From NCBI GenBank assembly GCA_964247055.1, contig OZ176053.1:13330001-13394000 (forward strand): a stretch of DNA of 64,000 bases, given 5' to 3'. The translations under genes were made by a program, and so were the position numbers. The notes beneath the pieces are model-generated. The model did not search any database. It had not been told where the DNA came from and saw only the letters and a list, made by a program, of their open reading frames with translations. This DNA comes from Paragordius varius (taxonomy: Eukaryota; Animalia; Nematomorpha). This document shows positions 26,601 through 40,800 of this stretch, in pieces. The first letter of the stretch is position 1. Every line of letters begins with the position of its first letter.

Positions 26601-29600
26601 TGACAAACTCTTTCATATCCGATTTTCACAACGATACTTTAAAAATTAATGTATTAAACTAGTCGCATCAATACTCAAGTTAAACTTTGTCCTTAAAAAT
26701 CGAATATTTGTCACCGGTGAACAAAATTTTTTTTATACATTCTCTTAGTAGGACTACATATAAATATAGAGATAGTTTGGCAAACTCTTTCATATCCGAT
26801 TTTTACAACGATACTTTAAAAATTAATGTATAAAACTAGTCGTTATAAATCGCATCAATACTCAAGTTAAACTTTGTCCTTAAAAATCGGATATTGGTCA
26901 CCGGTGAACAAAATTATTTTTTATACATTCTCTTAGTAAGACTACATCAAAATATAGAGATAGTTTGACAAACTCTTTCATATCCGATTTTTACAACGAT
27001 ACTTTAAAAATTAATGTATAAAACTAGTCGCATGATTACTCAAGTTAAACTTTGTCCTTAAAAATCGGATATTGGTCACCGGAGAACAAAATTATTTTTT
27101 ATACATTCTCTTAGTAGGACTACATCAAAATATAGAGATAGTTTGACAAACTCTTTCATATCCGATTTTTACAATTAAACCAGTCGCATCAATACTCAAG
27201 TTAAACTTTGTCCTTAAAAATCGGATATTGGTCACCGGTGAACAAAATTATTTTTTATACATTCTCTTAGTAAGACTACATCAAAATATAGAGATAGTTT
27301 GACAAACTCTTTCATATCCGATTTTTACAACGATACTTTAAAAATTAATGTATAAAACTAGTCGCATGTTTACTCAAGTTAAACTTTGTCCTTAAAAATC
27401 GGATATTGGTCACCGGTGAACAAAATTATTTTTTATACATTCTCTTAGTAGGACTACATCAAAATATAGAGATAGTTTGACAAACTCTTTCATATCCGAT
27501 TTTTACAACGATACTTTATATTTTAATGTATAAAACTAGTCGTATCAATAAATCGCATCAATACTCAAGTTAAACTTTGTCCTTAAAAATCGGATATTGG
27601 TCACCGGTGAACAAAATTATTTTTTATACATTCTCTTAGTAGGACTACATCAAAATATAGAGATAGTTTGGCAAACTCTTTCATACCCGATTTTTACAAC
27701 GATACTTTAAAAATTAATGTATAAAACTAGTCGTATCAATAAATCGCATCAACACTCAAGTTAAACTTTGTCCTTAAAAATCGAATATTGGTCACCGGTG
27801 AACAAAATGATTTTTTATACATTCTCTCAGTAAGACTACATCAAAATATAGAGATAGTTTGACAAACTCTTTCATATCCGATTTTTACAACGATACTTTA
27901 AAAATAATGTGTTAAACTAGTCGCATCAATACTCAAGTTAAACTTTGTCCTTAAAAATCGGATATTGGTCACCGGTGAACAAAATTATTTTTTATACATT
28001 CTCTTAGTAAGACTACATCAAAATATAGAGATAGTTTGACAAACTCTTTCATATCCGATTTTTACAACGATACTTTAAAAATTAATGTATAAAACTAGTC
28101 GTATCAATAAATCGCATCAATACTCAAGTTAAACTTTGTCCTTAAAAATCGGATATTGGTCACCGGTGAACAAAATTATTTTTTATACATTCTCTCAGTA
28201 AGACTACATCAAAATATAGAGATAGTTTGACAAACTCTTTCATATCCGATTTTTACAACGATACTTTAAAAATAATGTGTTAAACTAGTCGCATCAATAC
28301 TCAAGTTAAACTTTGTCCTTAAAAATCGGATATTGGTCACCGGTGAACAAAATTATTTTTTATACATTCTCTTAGTAAGACTACATCAAAATATAGAGAT
28401 AGTTTGACAAACACTTTCGTATCCGATTTTTACAACGATACTTTAAAAATTAATGTATAAAACTAGTCGTATCAATGAATCGCATCAATACTCAAGTTAA
28501 ACTTTGTCCTTAAAAATCGGATATTGGTCACCGGTGAACAAAATTATTTTTTATACATTCTCTTAGTAGGACTACATCAAAATATAGAGATAGTTTGACA
28601 AACTCTTTCATATCCGATTTTTACAACGATACTTTAAAAATTAATGTATAAAACTAGTCGCATCAATACTAAAGTTAAACTTTGTCCTTAAAAATCGGAT
28701 ATTGGTCACCGGTGAACAAAATAATTTTTGATACATTCTCTTAGTAAGACTACATCAAAATATAGAGATAGTTTGACAAACTCTTTCATATCCGATTTTT
28801 ACAACGATACTTTAAAAATTATGGTATTAAACCAGTCGCATCAATACTCAAGTTAAACTTTGTCCTTAAAAATCGGATATTGGTCACCGGTGAACAAAAT
28901 AATTTTTTTACATTCTGTTAGTAAGACTACATCAAAATATAGAGATAGTTTGACAAACTCTTTCATATCCGATTTTTACAACGATACTTTAAAAATTAAT
29001 GTATTAAACTAGTCGCATCAATACTCAAGTTAAACTTTGTCCTTAAAAATCGGATATTGGTCACCGGTGAACAAAATAATTTTTTATACATTCTCTTAGC
29101 AAGAATACATCAAATAATAGTTTGACAAACTCTTTCATATCCGATTTTTACAACGATACTTTATAAATTAATGTATAAAACTAGTCGTATCAATAAGTCG
29201 CATCAATACTCAAGTTAAACTTTGTCCTTAAAAATCGGATATTGGTCACCAGTGAACAAAATAATTTTTTATACATTCTCTTAGTAAGACTACATCAAAA
29301 TATAGAGATAGTTTGACAAACTCTTTCATATCCGATTTTTACAACGATACTTTAAAAATTATGGTATTAAACCAGTCGCATCAATACTCAAGTTAAACTT
29401 TGTCCTTAAAAATCGGATATTGGTCACCGGTGAACAAAATTATTTTTTATACATTCTCTTAGTAAGACTACATCAAAATATAGAGATAGTTTGACAAACT
29501 CTTTCATATCCGATTTTCACAACGATACTTTAAAAATTAATGTATTAAACTAGTCGCATCAATACTCAAGTTAAACTTTGTCCTTAAAAATCGGATATTG

Positions 29601-30247
29601 GTCACCGGTGAACAAAATAATTTTTTATACATTCTCTTAGCAAGAATACATCAAATAATAGAGATAGTTTGACAAACTCTTTCATATCCGATTTTTACAA
29701 CGATACTTTATAAATTAATGTATAAAACTAGTCGTATCAATAAGTCGCATCAATACTCAAGTTAAACTTTGTCCTTAAAAATCGGATATTGGTCACCAGT
29801 GAACAAATTAATTTTTTATACATTCTCTTAGTAAGACTACATCAAAATATAGAGATAGTTTGACAAACTCTTTCATATCCGATTTTTACAACGATACTTT
29901 AAAAATTATGGTATTAAACCAGTCGCATCAATACTCAAGTTAAACTTTGTCCTTAAAAATCGGATATTGGTCACCGGTGAACAAAATTATTTTTTATACA
30001 TTCTCTTAGTAAGACTACATCAAAATATAGAGATAGTTTGACAAACTCTTTCATATCCGATTTTCACAACGATACTTTAAAAATTAATGTATTAAACTAG
30101 TCGCATCAATACTCAAGTTAAACTTTGTCCTTAAAAATCGAATATTTGTCACCGGTGAACAAAATTTTTTTTATACATTCTCTTAGTAGGACTACATATA
30201 AATATAGAGATAGTTTGGCAAACTCTTTCATATCCGATTTTTACAAC
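22780..30247 (+). repeat. Tandem ~4-kb segmental duplication; the second copy lacks 544 bp
   Basis: Offset 3982 for CACCGGAGAAC (23101/27083) and ATACCCG (23702/27684). The offset then becomes 3438 for CTTTCGTATCC (24981/28419), TCTGTTAG (25479/28917) and CGAATATTTG (26701/30139). Confidence 0.85.
25461..26730 (+). repeat. 547-bp trimer HOR (178+191+178); recurs near 29-30, 31-32, 41-42 kb and later
   Basis: CACCAGTG at 25813/26360 and GATTTTCAC at 26080/26627 are both 547 apart. Other markers are GCAAGAATAC, CAAATAATAG and TTATGGTATTAAACC. Confidence 0.85.
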
Positions 30248-33200
30248 AATACTTTAAAAATTAATGTATAAAACTAGTCGCATGATTACTCAAGTTAAAC
30301 TTTGTCCTTAAAAATCGGATATTGGTCACCGGTGAACAAAATAATTTTTTATACATTCTCTTAGTAAGACTACATCAAAATATAGAGATAGTTTTGCAAA
30401 CTCTTTCATATCCGATTTTTACAACGATACTTTAAAAATTAATGTATAAAACTAGTCGCATCAATACTCAAGTTAAACTTTGTCCTTAAAAATCGGATAT
30501 TGGTCACAGAGATAGTTTGACAAACGCTTTCATATCCGATTTTTACAACGATACTTTAAAAATTATGGTATTAAACCAGTCGCATCAATACTCAAGTTAA
30601 ACTTTGTCCTTAAAAATCGGATATTGGTCACCGGTGAACAAAATTTTTTTTATACATTCTCTTAGTAGGACTACATATAAATATAGAGATAGTTTGGCAA
30701 ACTCTTTCATATCCGATTTTTACAACAATACTTTAAAAATTAATGTATAAAACTAGTCGCATGATTACTCAAGTTAAACTTTGTCCTTAAAAATCGGATA
30801 TTGGTCACCGGTGAACAAAATAATTTTTTATACATTCTCTTAGTAAGACTACATCAAAATATAGAGATAGTTTTGCAAACTCTTTCATATCCGATTTTTA
30901 CAACGATACTTTAAAAATTAATGTATAAAACTAGTCGCATCAATACTCAAGTTAAACTTTGTCCTTAAAAATCGGATATTGGTCACCGGTTAACAAAATT
31001 TTTTTATACATTCTCTTAGTAGGACTACATATAAATATAGAGATAGTTTGGCAAACTCTTTCATATCCGATTTTTACAACGATACTTTATAAATTAATGT
31101 ATAAAACTAGTCGCATCAATACTCAAGTTAAACTTTGTCCTTAAAAATCGGATATTGGTCACCGGTGAACAAAATAATTTTTTATACATTCTCTTAGCAA
31201 GAATACATCAAATAATAGAGATAGTTTGACAAACTCTTTCATATCCGATTTTTACAACGATACTTTATAAATTAATGTATAAAACTAGTCGTATCAATAA
31301 GTCGCATCAATACTCAAGTTAAACTTTGTCCTTAAAAATCGGATATTGGTCACCAGTGAACAAATTAATTTTTTATACATTCTCTTAGTAAGACTACATC
31401 AAAATATAGAGATAGTTTGACAAACTCTTTCATATCCGATTTTTACAACGATACTTTAAAAATTATGGTATTAAACCAGTCGCATCAATACTCAAGTTAA
31501 ACTTTGTCCTTAAAAATCGGATATTGGTCACCGGTGAACAAAATTATTTTTTATACATTCTCTTAGTAAGACTACATCAAAATATAGAGATAGTTTGACA
31601 AACTCTTTCATATCCGATTTTCACAACGATACTTTAAAAATTAATGTATTAAACTAGTCGCATCAATACTCAAGTTAAACTTTGTCCTTAAAAATCGGAT
31701 ATTGGTCACCGGTGAACAAAATAATTTTTTATACATTCTCTTAGCAAGAATACATCAAATAATAGAGATAGTTTGACAAACTCTTTCATATCCGATTTTT
31801 ACAACGATACTTTATAAATTAATGTATAAAACTAGTCGTATCAATAAGTCGCATCAATACTCAAGTTAAACTTTGTCCTTAAAAATCGGATATTGGTCAC
31901 CAGTGAACAAATTAATTTTTTATACATTCTCTTAGTAAGACTACATCAAAATATAGAGATAGTTTGACAAACTCTTTCATATCCGATTTTTACAACGATA
32001 CTTTAAAAATTATGGTATTAAACCAGTCGCATCAATACTCAAGTTAAACTTTGTCCTTAAAAATCGGATATTGGTCACCGGTGAACAAAATTATTTTTTA
32101 TACATTCTCTTAGTAAGACTACATCAAAATATAGAGATAGTTTGACAAACTCTTTCATATCCGATTTTCACAACGATACTTTAAAAATTAATGTATTAAA
32201 CTAGTCGCATCAATACTCAAGTTAAACTTTGTCCTTAAAAATCGAATATTTGTCACCGGTGAACAAAATTTTTTTTATACATTCTCTTAGTAGGACTACA
32301 TATAAATATAGAGATAGTTTGGCAAACTCTTTCATATCCGATTTTTACAACAATACTTTAAAAATTAATGTATAAAACTAGTCGCATGATTACTCAAGTT
32401 AAACTTTGTCCTTAAAAATCGGATATTGGTCACCGGTGAACAAAATAATTTTTTATACATTCTCTTAGTAAGACTACATCAAAATATAGAGATAGTTTTG
32501 CAAACTCTTTCATATCCGATTTTTACAACGATACTTTAAAAATTAATGTATAAAACTAGTCGCATCAATACTCAAGTTAAACTTTGTCCTTAAAAATCGG
32601 ATATTGGTCACAGAGATAGTTTGACAAACGCTTTCATATCCGATTTTTACAACGATACTTTAAAAATTATGGTATTAAACCAGTCGCATCAATACTCAAG
32701 TTAAACTTTGTCCTTAAAAATCGGATATTGGTCACCGGTGAACAAAATTTTTTTTATACATTCTCTTAGTAGGACTACATATAAATATAGAGATAGTTTG
32801 GCAAACTCTTTCATATCCGATTTTTACAACAATACTTTAAAAATTAATGTATAAAACTAGTCGCATGATTACTCAAGTTAAACTTTGTCCTTAAAAATCG
32901 GATATTGGTCACCGGTGAACAAAATAATTTTTTATACATTCTCTTAGTAAGACTACATCAAAATATAGAGATAGTTTTGCAAACTCTTTCATATCCGATT
33001 TTTACAACGATACTTTAAAAATTAATGTATAAAACTAGTCGCATCAATACTCAAGTTAAACTTTGTCCTTAAAAATCGGATATTGGTCACCGGTTAACAA
33101 AATTTTTTTATACATTCTCTTAGTAGGACTACATATAAATATAGAGATAGTTTGGCAAACTCTTTCATATCCGATTTTTACAACGATACTTTATAAATTA

Positions 33201-33437
33201 ATGTATAAAACTAGTCGCATCAATACTCAAGTTAAACTTTGTCCTTAAAAATCGGATATTGGTCACCGGTGAACAAAATAATTTTTTATACATTCTCTTA
33301 GCAAGAATACATCAAATAATAGAGATAGTTTGACAAACTCTTTCATATCCGATTTTTACAACGATACTTTATAAATTAATGTATAAAACTAGTCGTATCA
33401 ATAAGTCGCATCAATACTCAAGTTAAACTTTGTCCTT
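29265..33437 (+). repeat. Tandem duplication of a 2104-bp 12-monomer unit
   Basis: Offset 2104 for GATTTTCAC (29518/31622), the GGTCACAGAG junction (30507/32611) and the ORF copies (30959/33063). Confidence 0.88.
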
Positions 33438-36400
33438 GAAAATCGGATATTGGTCACCAGTGAACAAAATAATTTTTTATACATTCTCTTAGTAAGACTA
33501 CATCAAAATATAGAGATAGTTTGACAAACTCTTTCATATCCGATTTTTACAACGATACTTTAAAAATTATGGTATTAAACCAGTCGCATCAATACTCAAG
33601 TTAAACTTTGTCCTTAAAAATCGGATATTGGTCACCGGTGAACAAAATTTTTTTTATACATTCTCTTAGTAGGACTACATATAAATATAGAGATAGTTTG
33701 GCAAACTCTTTCATATCCGATTTTTACAACAATACTTTAAAAATTAATGTATAAAACTAGTCTAATCAATACTATAGTTAAACTTTGTCCTTAAAAATCG
33801 GATATTGGTCACCGGTGAACAAAATAATTTTTGATACATTCTCTTAGTAAGACTACATCAAAATATAGAGATAGTTTTGCAAACTCTTTCATATCCGATT
33901 TTTACAACGATACTTTAAAAATTAATGTATAAAACTAGTCGCATCAATACTCAAGTTAAACTTTGTCCTTAAAAATCGGATATTGGTCACCGGTGAACAA
34001 AATTTTTTTTATACATTCTCTTAGTAGGACTACATATAAATATAGAGATAGTTTGGCAAACTCTTTCATATCCGATTTTTACAACGATACTTTATAAATT
34101 AATGTATAAAACTAGTCGTATCAATAAGTCGCATCAATACTCAAGTTAAACTTTGTCCTTAAAAATCGGATATTGGTCACCGGTGAACAAAATAATTTTT
34201 TATATATTCTCTTAGTAAGACTACATCAAAATATAGAGATAGTTAGACAAACTCTTTCATATCCGATTTTTACAACGATACTTTAAAAATTATGGTATTA
34301 AACCAGTCGCATCAATACTCAAGTTAAACTTTGTCCTTAAAAATCGGATATTGGTCACCGGTGAACAAAATTTTTTTTATACATTCTCTTAGTAGGACTA
34401 CATATAAATATAGAGATAGTTTGGCAAACTCTTTCATATCCGATTTTTACAACAATACTATAAAAATTAATGTATAAAACTAGTCGCATGATTACTCAAG
34501 TTAAACTTTGTCCTTAAAAATCGGATATTGGTCACCGGTGAACAAAATTATTTTTTATACATTCTCTTAGTAGGACTACATCAAAATATAGAGATAGTTT
34601 GACAAACTCTTTTATATCCGATTTTTACAACGATACTTTATAAATTAATGTATAAAACTAGTCGTATCAATAAATCGCATCAATACTCAAGTTAAACTTT
34701 GTCCTTAAAAATCGGATATTGGTCACCGGTGAACAAAATTATTTTTTATACATTCTCTTAGTAGGACTACATCAAAATATAGAGATAGTTTGGCAAACTC
34801 TTTCATATCCGATTTTTACAACGATACTTTAAAAATTAATGTATAAAACTAGTCGTATCAATAAATCGCATCAACACTCAAGTTAAACTTTGTCCTTAAA
34901 AATCGGATATTGGTCACCGGTGAACAAAATGATTTTTTATACATTCTCTTAGTAGGACTACATCAAAATATAGAGATAGTTTGGCAAACTCTTTCATATC
35001 TGATTTTTACAACGATACTTTAAAAATTAATGTGTTAAACTAGTCGCATCAATACTCAAGTTAAACTTTGTCCTTAAAAATCGGATATTGGTCACCGGTG
35101 AACAAAATTATTTTTTATACATTCTCTTAGTAAGACTACATCAAAATATAGAGATAGTTTGACAAACTCTTTCATATCCGATTTTTACAACGATACTTTA
35201 AAAATTAATGTATAAAACTAGTCGTATCAATGAATCGCATCAATACTCAAGTTAAACTTTGTCCTTAAAAATCGGATATTGGTCACCGGTGAACAAAATT
35301 ATTTTTTATACATTCTCTTAGTAGGACTACATCAAAATATAGAGATAGTTTGACAAACTCTTTCATATCCGATTTTTACAACGATACTTTAAAAATTAAT
35401 GTATAAAACTAGTCGCATCAATACTAAAGTTAAACTTTGTCCTTAAAAATCGGATATTGGTCACCGGTGAACAAAATAATTTTTGATACATTCTCTTAGT
35501 AAGACTACATCAAAATATAGAGATAGTTTTGCAAACTCTTTCATATCCGATTTTTACAACGATACTTTAAAAATTAATGTGTTAAACTAGTCGCATCAAT
35601 ACTCAAGTTAAACTTTGTCCTTAAAAATCGGATATTGGTCACCGGTGAACAAAATAATTTTTGATACATTCTCTTAGTAAGACTACATCAAAATATAGAG
35701 ATAGTTTTGCAAACTCTTTCATATCCGATTTTTACAACAATACTTTAAAAATTAATGTATAAAACTAGTCGCATGATTACTCAAGTTAAACTTTGTCCTT
35801 AAAAATCGGATATTGGTCACCGGTGAACAAAATAATTTTTTATACATTCTCTTAGTAAGACTACATCAAAATATAGAGATAGTTTTGCAAACTCTTTCAT
35901 ATCCGATTTTTACAACGATACTTTAAAAATTAATGTATAAAACTAGTCGCATCAATACTCAAGTTAAACTTTGTCCTTAAAAATCGGATATTGGTCACAG
36001 AGATAGTTTGACAAACGCTTTCATATCCGATTTTTACAACGATACTTTAAAAATTATGGTATTAAACCAGTCGCATCAATACTCAAGTTAAACTTTGTCC
36101 TTAAAAATCGGATATTGGTCACCGGTGAACAAAATTTTTTTTATACATTCTCTTAGTAGGACTACATATAAATATAGAGATAGTTTGGCAAACTCTTTCA
36201 TATCCGATTTTTACAACAATACTTTAAAAATTAATGTATAAAACTAGTCGCATGATTACTCAAGTTAAACTTTGTCCTTAAAAATCGGATATTGGTCACC
36301 GGTGAACAAAATAATTTTTTATACATTCTCTTAGTAAGACTACATCAAAATATAGAGATAGTTTTGCAAACTCTTTCATATCCGATTTTTACAACGATAC

Positions 36401-37846
36401 TTTAAAAATTAATGTATAAAACTAGTCGCATCAATACTCAAGTTAAACTTTGTCCTTAAAAATCGGATATTGGTCACCGGTTAACAAAATTTTTTTATAC
36501 ATTCTCTTAGTAGGACTACATATAAATATAGAGATAGTTTGGCAAACTCTTTCATATCCGATTTTTACAACGATACTTTATAAATTAATGTATAAAACTA
36601 GTCGCATCAATACTCAAGTTAAACTTTGTCCTTAAAAATCGGATATTGGTCACCGGTGAACAAAATAATTTTTTATACATTCTCTTAGCAAGAATACATC
36701 AAATAATAGAGATAGTTTGACAAACTCTTTCATATCCGATTTTTACAACGATACTTTATAAATTAATGTATAAAACTAGTCGTATCAATAAGTCGCATCA
36801 ATACTCAAGTTAAACTTTGTCCTTGAAAATCGGATATTGGTCACCAGTGAACAAAATAATTTTTTATACATTCTCTTAGTAAGACTACATCAAAATATAG
36901 AGATAGTTTGACAAACTCTTTCATATCCGATTTTTACAACGATACTTTAAAAATTATGGTATTAAACCAGTCGCATCAATACTCAAGTTAAACTTTGTCC
37001 TTAAAAATCGGATATTGGTCACCGGTGAACAAAATTTTTTTTATACATTCTCTTAGTAGGACTACATATAAATATAGAGATAGTTTGGCAAACTCTTTCA
37101 TATCCGATTTTTACAACAATACTTTAAAAATTAATGTATAAAACTAGTCTAATCAATACTATAGTTAAACTTTGTCCTTAAAAATCGGATATTGGTCACC
37201 GGTGAACAAAATAATTTTTGATACATTCTCTTAGTAAGACTACATCAAAATATAGAGATAGTTTTGCAAACTCTTTCATATCCGATTTTTACAACGATAC
37301 TTTAAAAATTAATGTATAAAACTAGTCGCATCAATACTCAAGTTAAACTTTGTCCTTAAAAATCGGATATTGGTCACCGGTGAACAAAATTTTTTTTATA
37401 CATTCTCTTAGTAGGACTACATATAAATATAGAGATAGTTTGGCAAACTCTTTCATATCCGATTTTTACAACGATACTTTATAAATTAATGTATAAAACT
37501 AGTCGTATCAATAAGTCGCATCAATACTCAAGTTAAACTTTGTCCTTAAAAATCGGATATTGGTCACCGGTGAACAAAATAATTTTTTATATATTCTCTT
37601 AGTAAGACTACATCAAAATATAGAGATAGTTAGACAAACTCTTTCATATCCGATTTTTACAACGATACTTTAAAAATTATGGTATTAAACCAGTCGCATC
37701 AATACTCAAGTTAAACTTTGTCCTTAAAAATCGGATATTGGTCACCGGTGAACAAAATTTTTTTTATACATTCTCTTAGTAGGACTACATATAAATATAG
37801 AGATAGTTTGGCAAACTCTTTCATATCCGATTTTTACAACAATACT
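32322..37846 (+). repeat. ~2.1-kb block duplicated at offset 3387 (32322-34459 vs 35709-37846)
   Basis: CCTTGAAAA at 33438/36825, TAGTCTAATC at 33761/37148 and the deletion junction at 32611/35998. Confidence 0.85.
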
Positions 37847-40800
37847 TTAAAAATTAATGTATAAAACTAGTCTAATCAATACTATAGTTAAACTTTGTCC
37901 TTAAAAATCGGATATTGGTCACCGGTGAACAAAATAATTTTTGATACATTCTCTTAGTAAGACTACATCAAAATATAGAGATAGTTTTGCAAACTCTTTC
38001 ATATCCGATTTTTACAACGATACTTTAAAAATTAATGTATAAAACTAGTCGCATCAATACTCAAGTTAAACTTTGTCCTTAAAAATCGGATATTGGTCAC
38101 CGGTGAACAAAATTTTTTTTATACATTCTCTTAGTAGGACTACATATAAATATAGAGATAGTTTGGCAAACTCTTTCATATCCGATTTTTACAACGATAC
38201 TTTATAAATTAATGTATAAAACTAGTCGTATCAATAAGTCGCATCAATACTCAAGTTAAACTTTGTCCTTAAAAATCGGATATTGGTCACCGGTGAACAA
38301 AATAATTTTTTATATATTCTCTTAGTAAGACTACATCAAAATATAGAGATAGTTAGACAAACTCTTTCATATCCGATTTTTACAACGATACTTTAAAAAT
38401 TATGGTATTAAACCAGTCGCATCAATACTCAAGTTAAACTTTGTCCTTAAAAATCGGATATTGGTCACCGGTGAACAAAATTTTTTTTATACATTCTCTT
38501 AGTAGGACTACATATAAATATAGAGATAGTTTGGCAAACTCTTTCATATCCGATTTTTACAACAATACTATAAAAATTAATGTATAAAACTAGTCGCATG
38601 ATTACTCAAGTTAAACTTTGTCCTTAAAAATCGGATATTGGTCACCGGTGAACAAAATTATTTTTTATACATTCTCTTAGTAGGACTACATCAAAATATA
38701 GAGATAGTTTGGCAAACTCTTTCATATCCGATTTTTACAACGATACTTTAAAAATTAATGTATAAAACTAGTCGTATCAATAAATCGCATCAACACTCAA
38801 GTTAAACTTTGTCCTTAAAAATCGGATATTGGTCACCGGTGAACAAAATGATTTTTTATACATTCTCTTAGTAGGACTACATCAAAATATAGAGATAGTT
38901 TGGCAAACTCTTTCATATCTGATTTTTACAACGATACTTTAAAAATTAATGTGTTAAACTAGTCGCATCAATACTCAAGTTAAACTTTGTCCTTAAAAAT
39001 CGGATATTGGTCACCGGTGAACAAAATTATTTTTTATACATTCTCTTAGTAGGACTACATCAAAATATAGAGATAGTTTGGCAAACTCTTTCATATCCGA
39101 TTTTTACAACGATACTTTAAAAATTAATGTATAAAACTAGTCGTATCAATAAATCGCATCAACACTCAAGTTAAACTTTGTCCTTAAAAATCGGATATTG
39201 GTCACCGGTGAACAAAATGATTTTTTATACATTCTCTTAGTAGGACTACATCAAAATATAGAGATAGTTTGGCAAACTCTTTCATATCTGATTTTTACAA
39301 CGATACTTTAAAAATTAATGTGTTAAACTAGTCGCATCAATACTCAAGTTAAACTTTGTCCTTAAAAATCGGATATTGGTCACCGGTGAACAAAATTATT
39401 TTTTATACATTCTCTTAGTAAGACTACATCAAAATATAGAGATAGTTTGACAAACTCTTTCATATCCGATTTTTACAACGATACTTTAAAAATTAATGTA
39501 TAAAACTAGTCGTATCAATGAATCGCATCAATACTCAAGTTAAACTTTGTCCTTAAAAATCGGATATTGGTCACCGGTGAACAAAATTATTTTTTATACA
39601 TTCTCTTAGTAGGACTACATCAAAATATAGAGATAGTTTGACAAACTCTTTCATATCCGATTTTTACAACGATACTTTAAAAATTAATGTATAAAACTAG
39701 TCGCATCAATACTAAAGTTAAACTTTGTCCTTAAAAATCGGATATTGGTCACCGGTGAACAAAATAATTTTTGATACATTCTCTTAGTAAGACTACATCA
39801 AAATATAGAGATAGTTTTGCAAACTCTTTCATATCCGATTTTTACAACGATACTTTAAAAATTAATGTGTTAAACTAGTCGCATCAATACTCAAGTTAAA
39901 CTTTGTCCTTTAAAATCGGATATTGGTCACCGGTGAACAAAATTATTTTTTATACATTCTCTTAGTAGGACTACGTCAAAATATAGAGATAGTTTGGCAA
40001 ACTTTTTCATAGATTTTTACAACGATACTTTAAAAATTAATGTATAAAACTAGTCGTATCAATAAATCGCATCAATACTCAAGTTAAACTTTGTCCTTAA
40101 AAATCGGATATTGGTCACCGGTGAACAAAATTATTTTTTATACATTCTCTCAGTAAGACTACATCAAAATATAGAGATAGTTTGACAAACTCTTTCATAT
40201 CCGATTTTTACAACGATACTTTAAAAATAATGTGTTAAACTAGTCGCATCAATACTCAAGTTAAACTTTGTCCTTAAAAATCGGATATTGGTCACCGGTG
40301 AACAAAATTATTTTTTATACATTCTCTTAGTAAGACTACATCAAAATATAGAGATAGTTTGACAAACTCTTTCATATCCGATTTTTACAACGATACTTTA
40401 AAAATTAATGTATAAAACTAGTCGTATCAATGAATCGCATCAATACTCAAGTTAAACTTTGTCCTTAAAAATCGGATATTGGTCACCGGTGAACAAAATT
40501 ATTTTTTATACATTCTCTTAGTAGGACTACATCAAAATATAGAGATAGTTTGACAAACTCTTTCATATCCGATTTTTACAACGATACTTTAAAAATTAAT
40601 GTATAAAACTAGTCGCATCAATACTAAAGTTAAACTTTGTCCTTAAAAATCGGATATTGGTCACCGGTGAACAAAATAATTTTTGATACATTCTCTTAGT
40701 AAGACTACATCAAAATATAGAGATAGTTTGACAAACTCTTTCATATCCGATTTTTACAACGATACTTTAAAAATTATGGTATTAAACCAGTCGCATCAAT

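Noticed and set aside
30959-31144. 61-aa ORF MSLKIGYW... (also at 33063, 36450, 42920)
   Set aside because: It starts at TTG and spans exactly one satellite monomer. It is open only because this variant lost 2 bp in the T-tract and has TTATAAA instead of TTTAAAA. There is no recognisable domain, and the four copies simply track the block duplications (offsets 2104, 3387, 6470).
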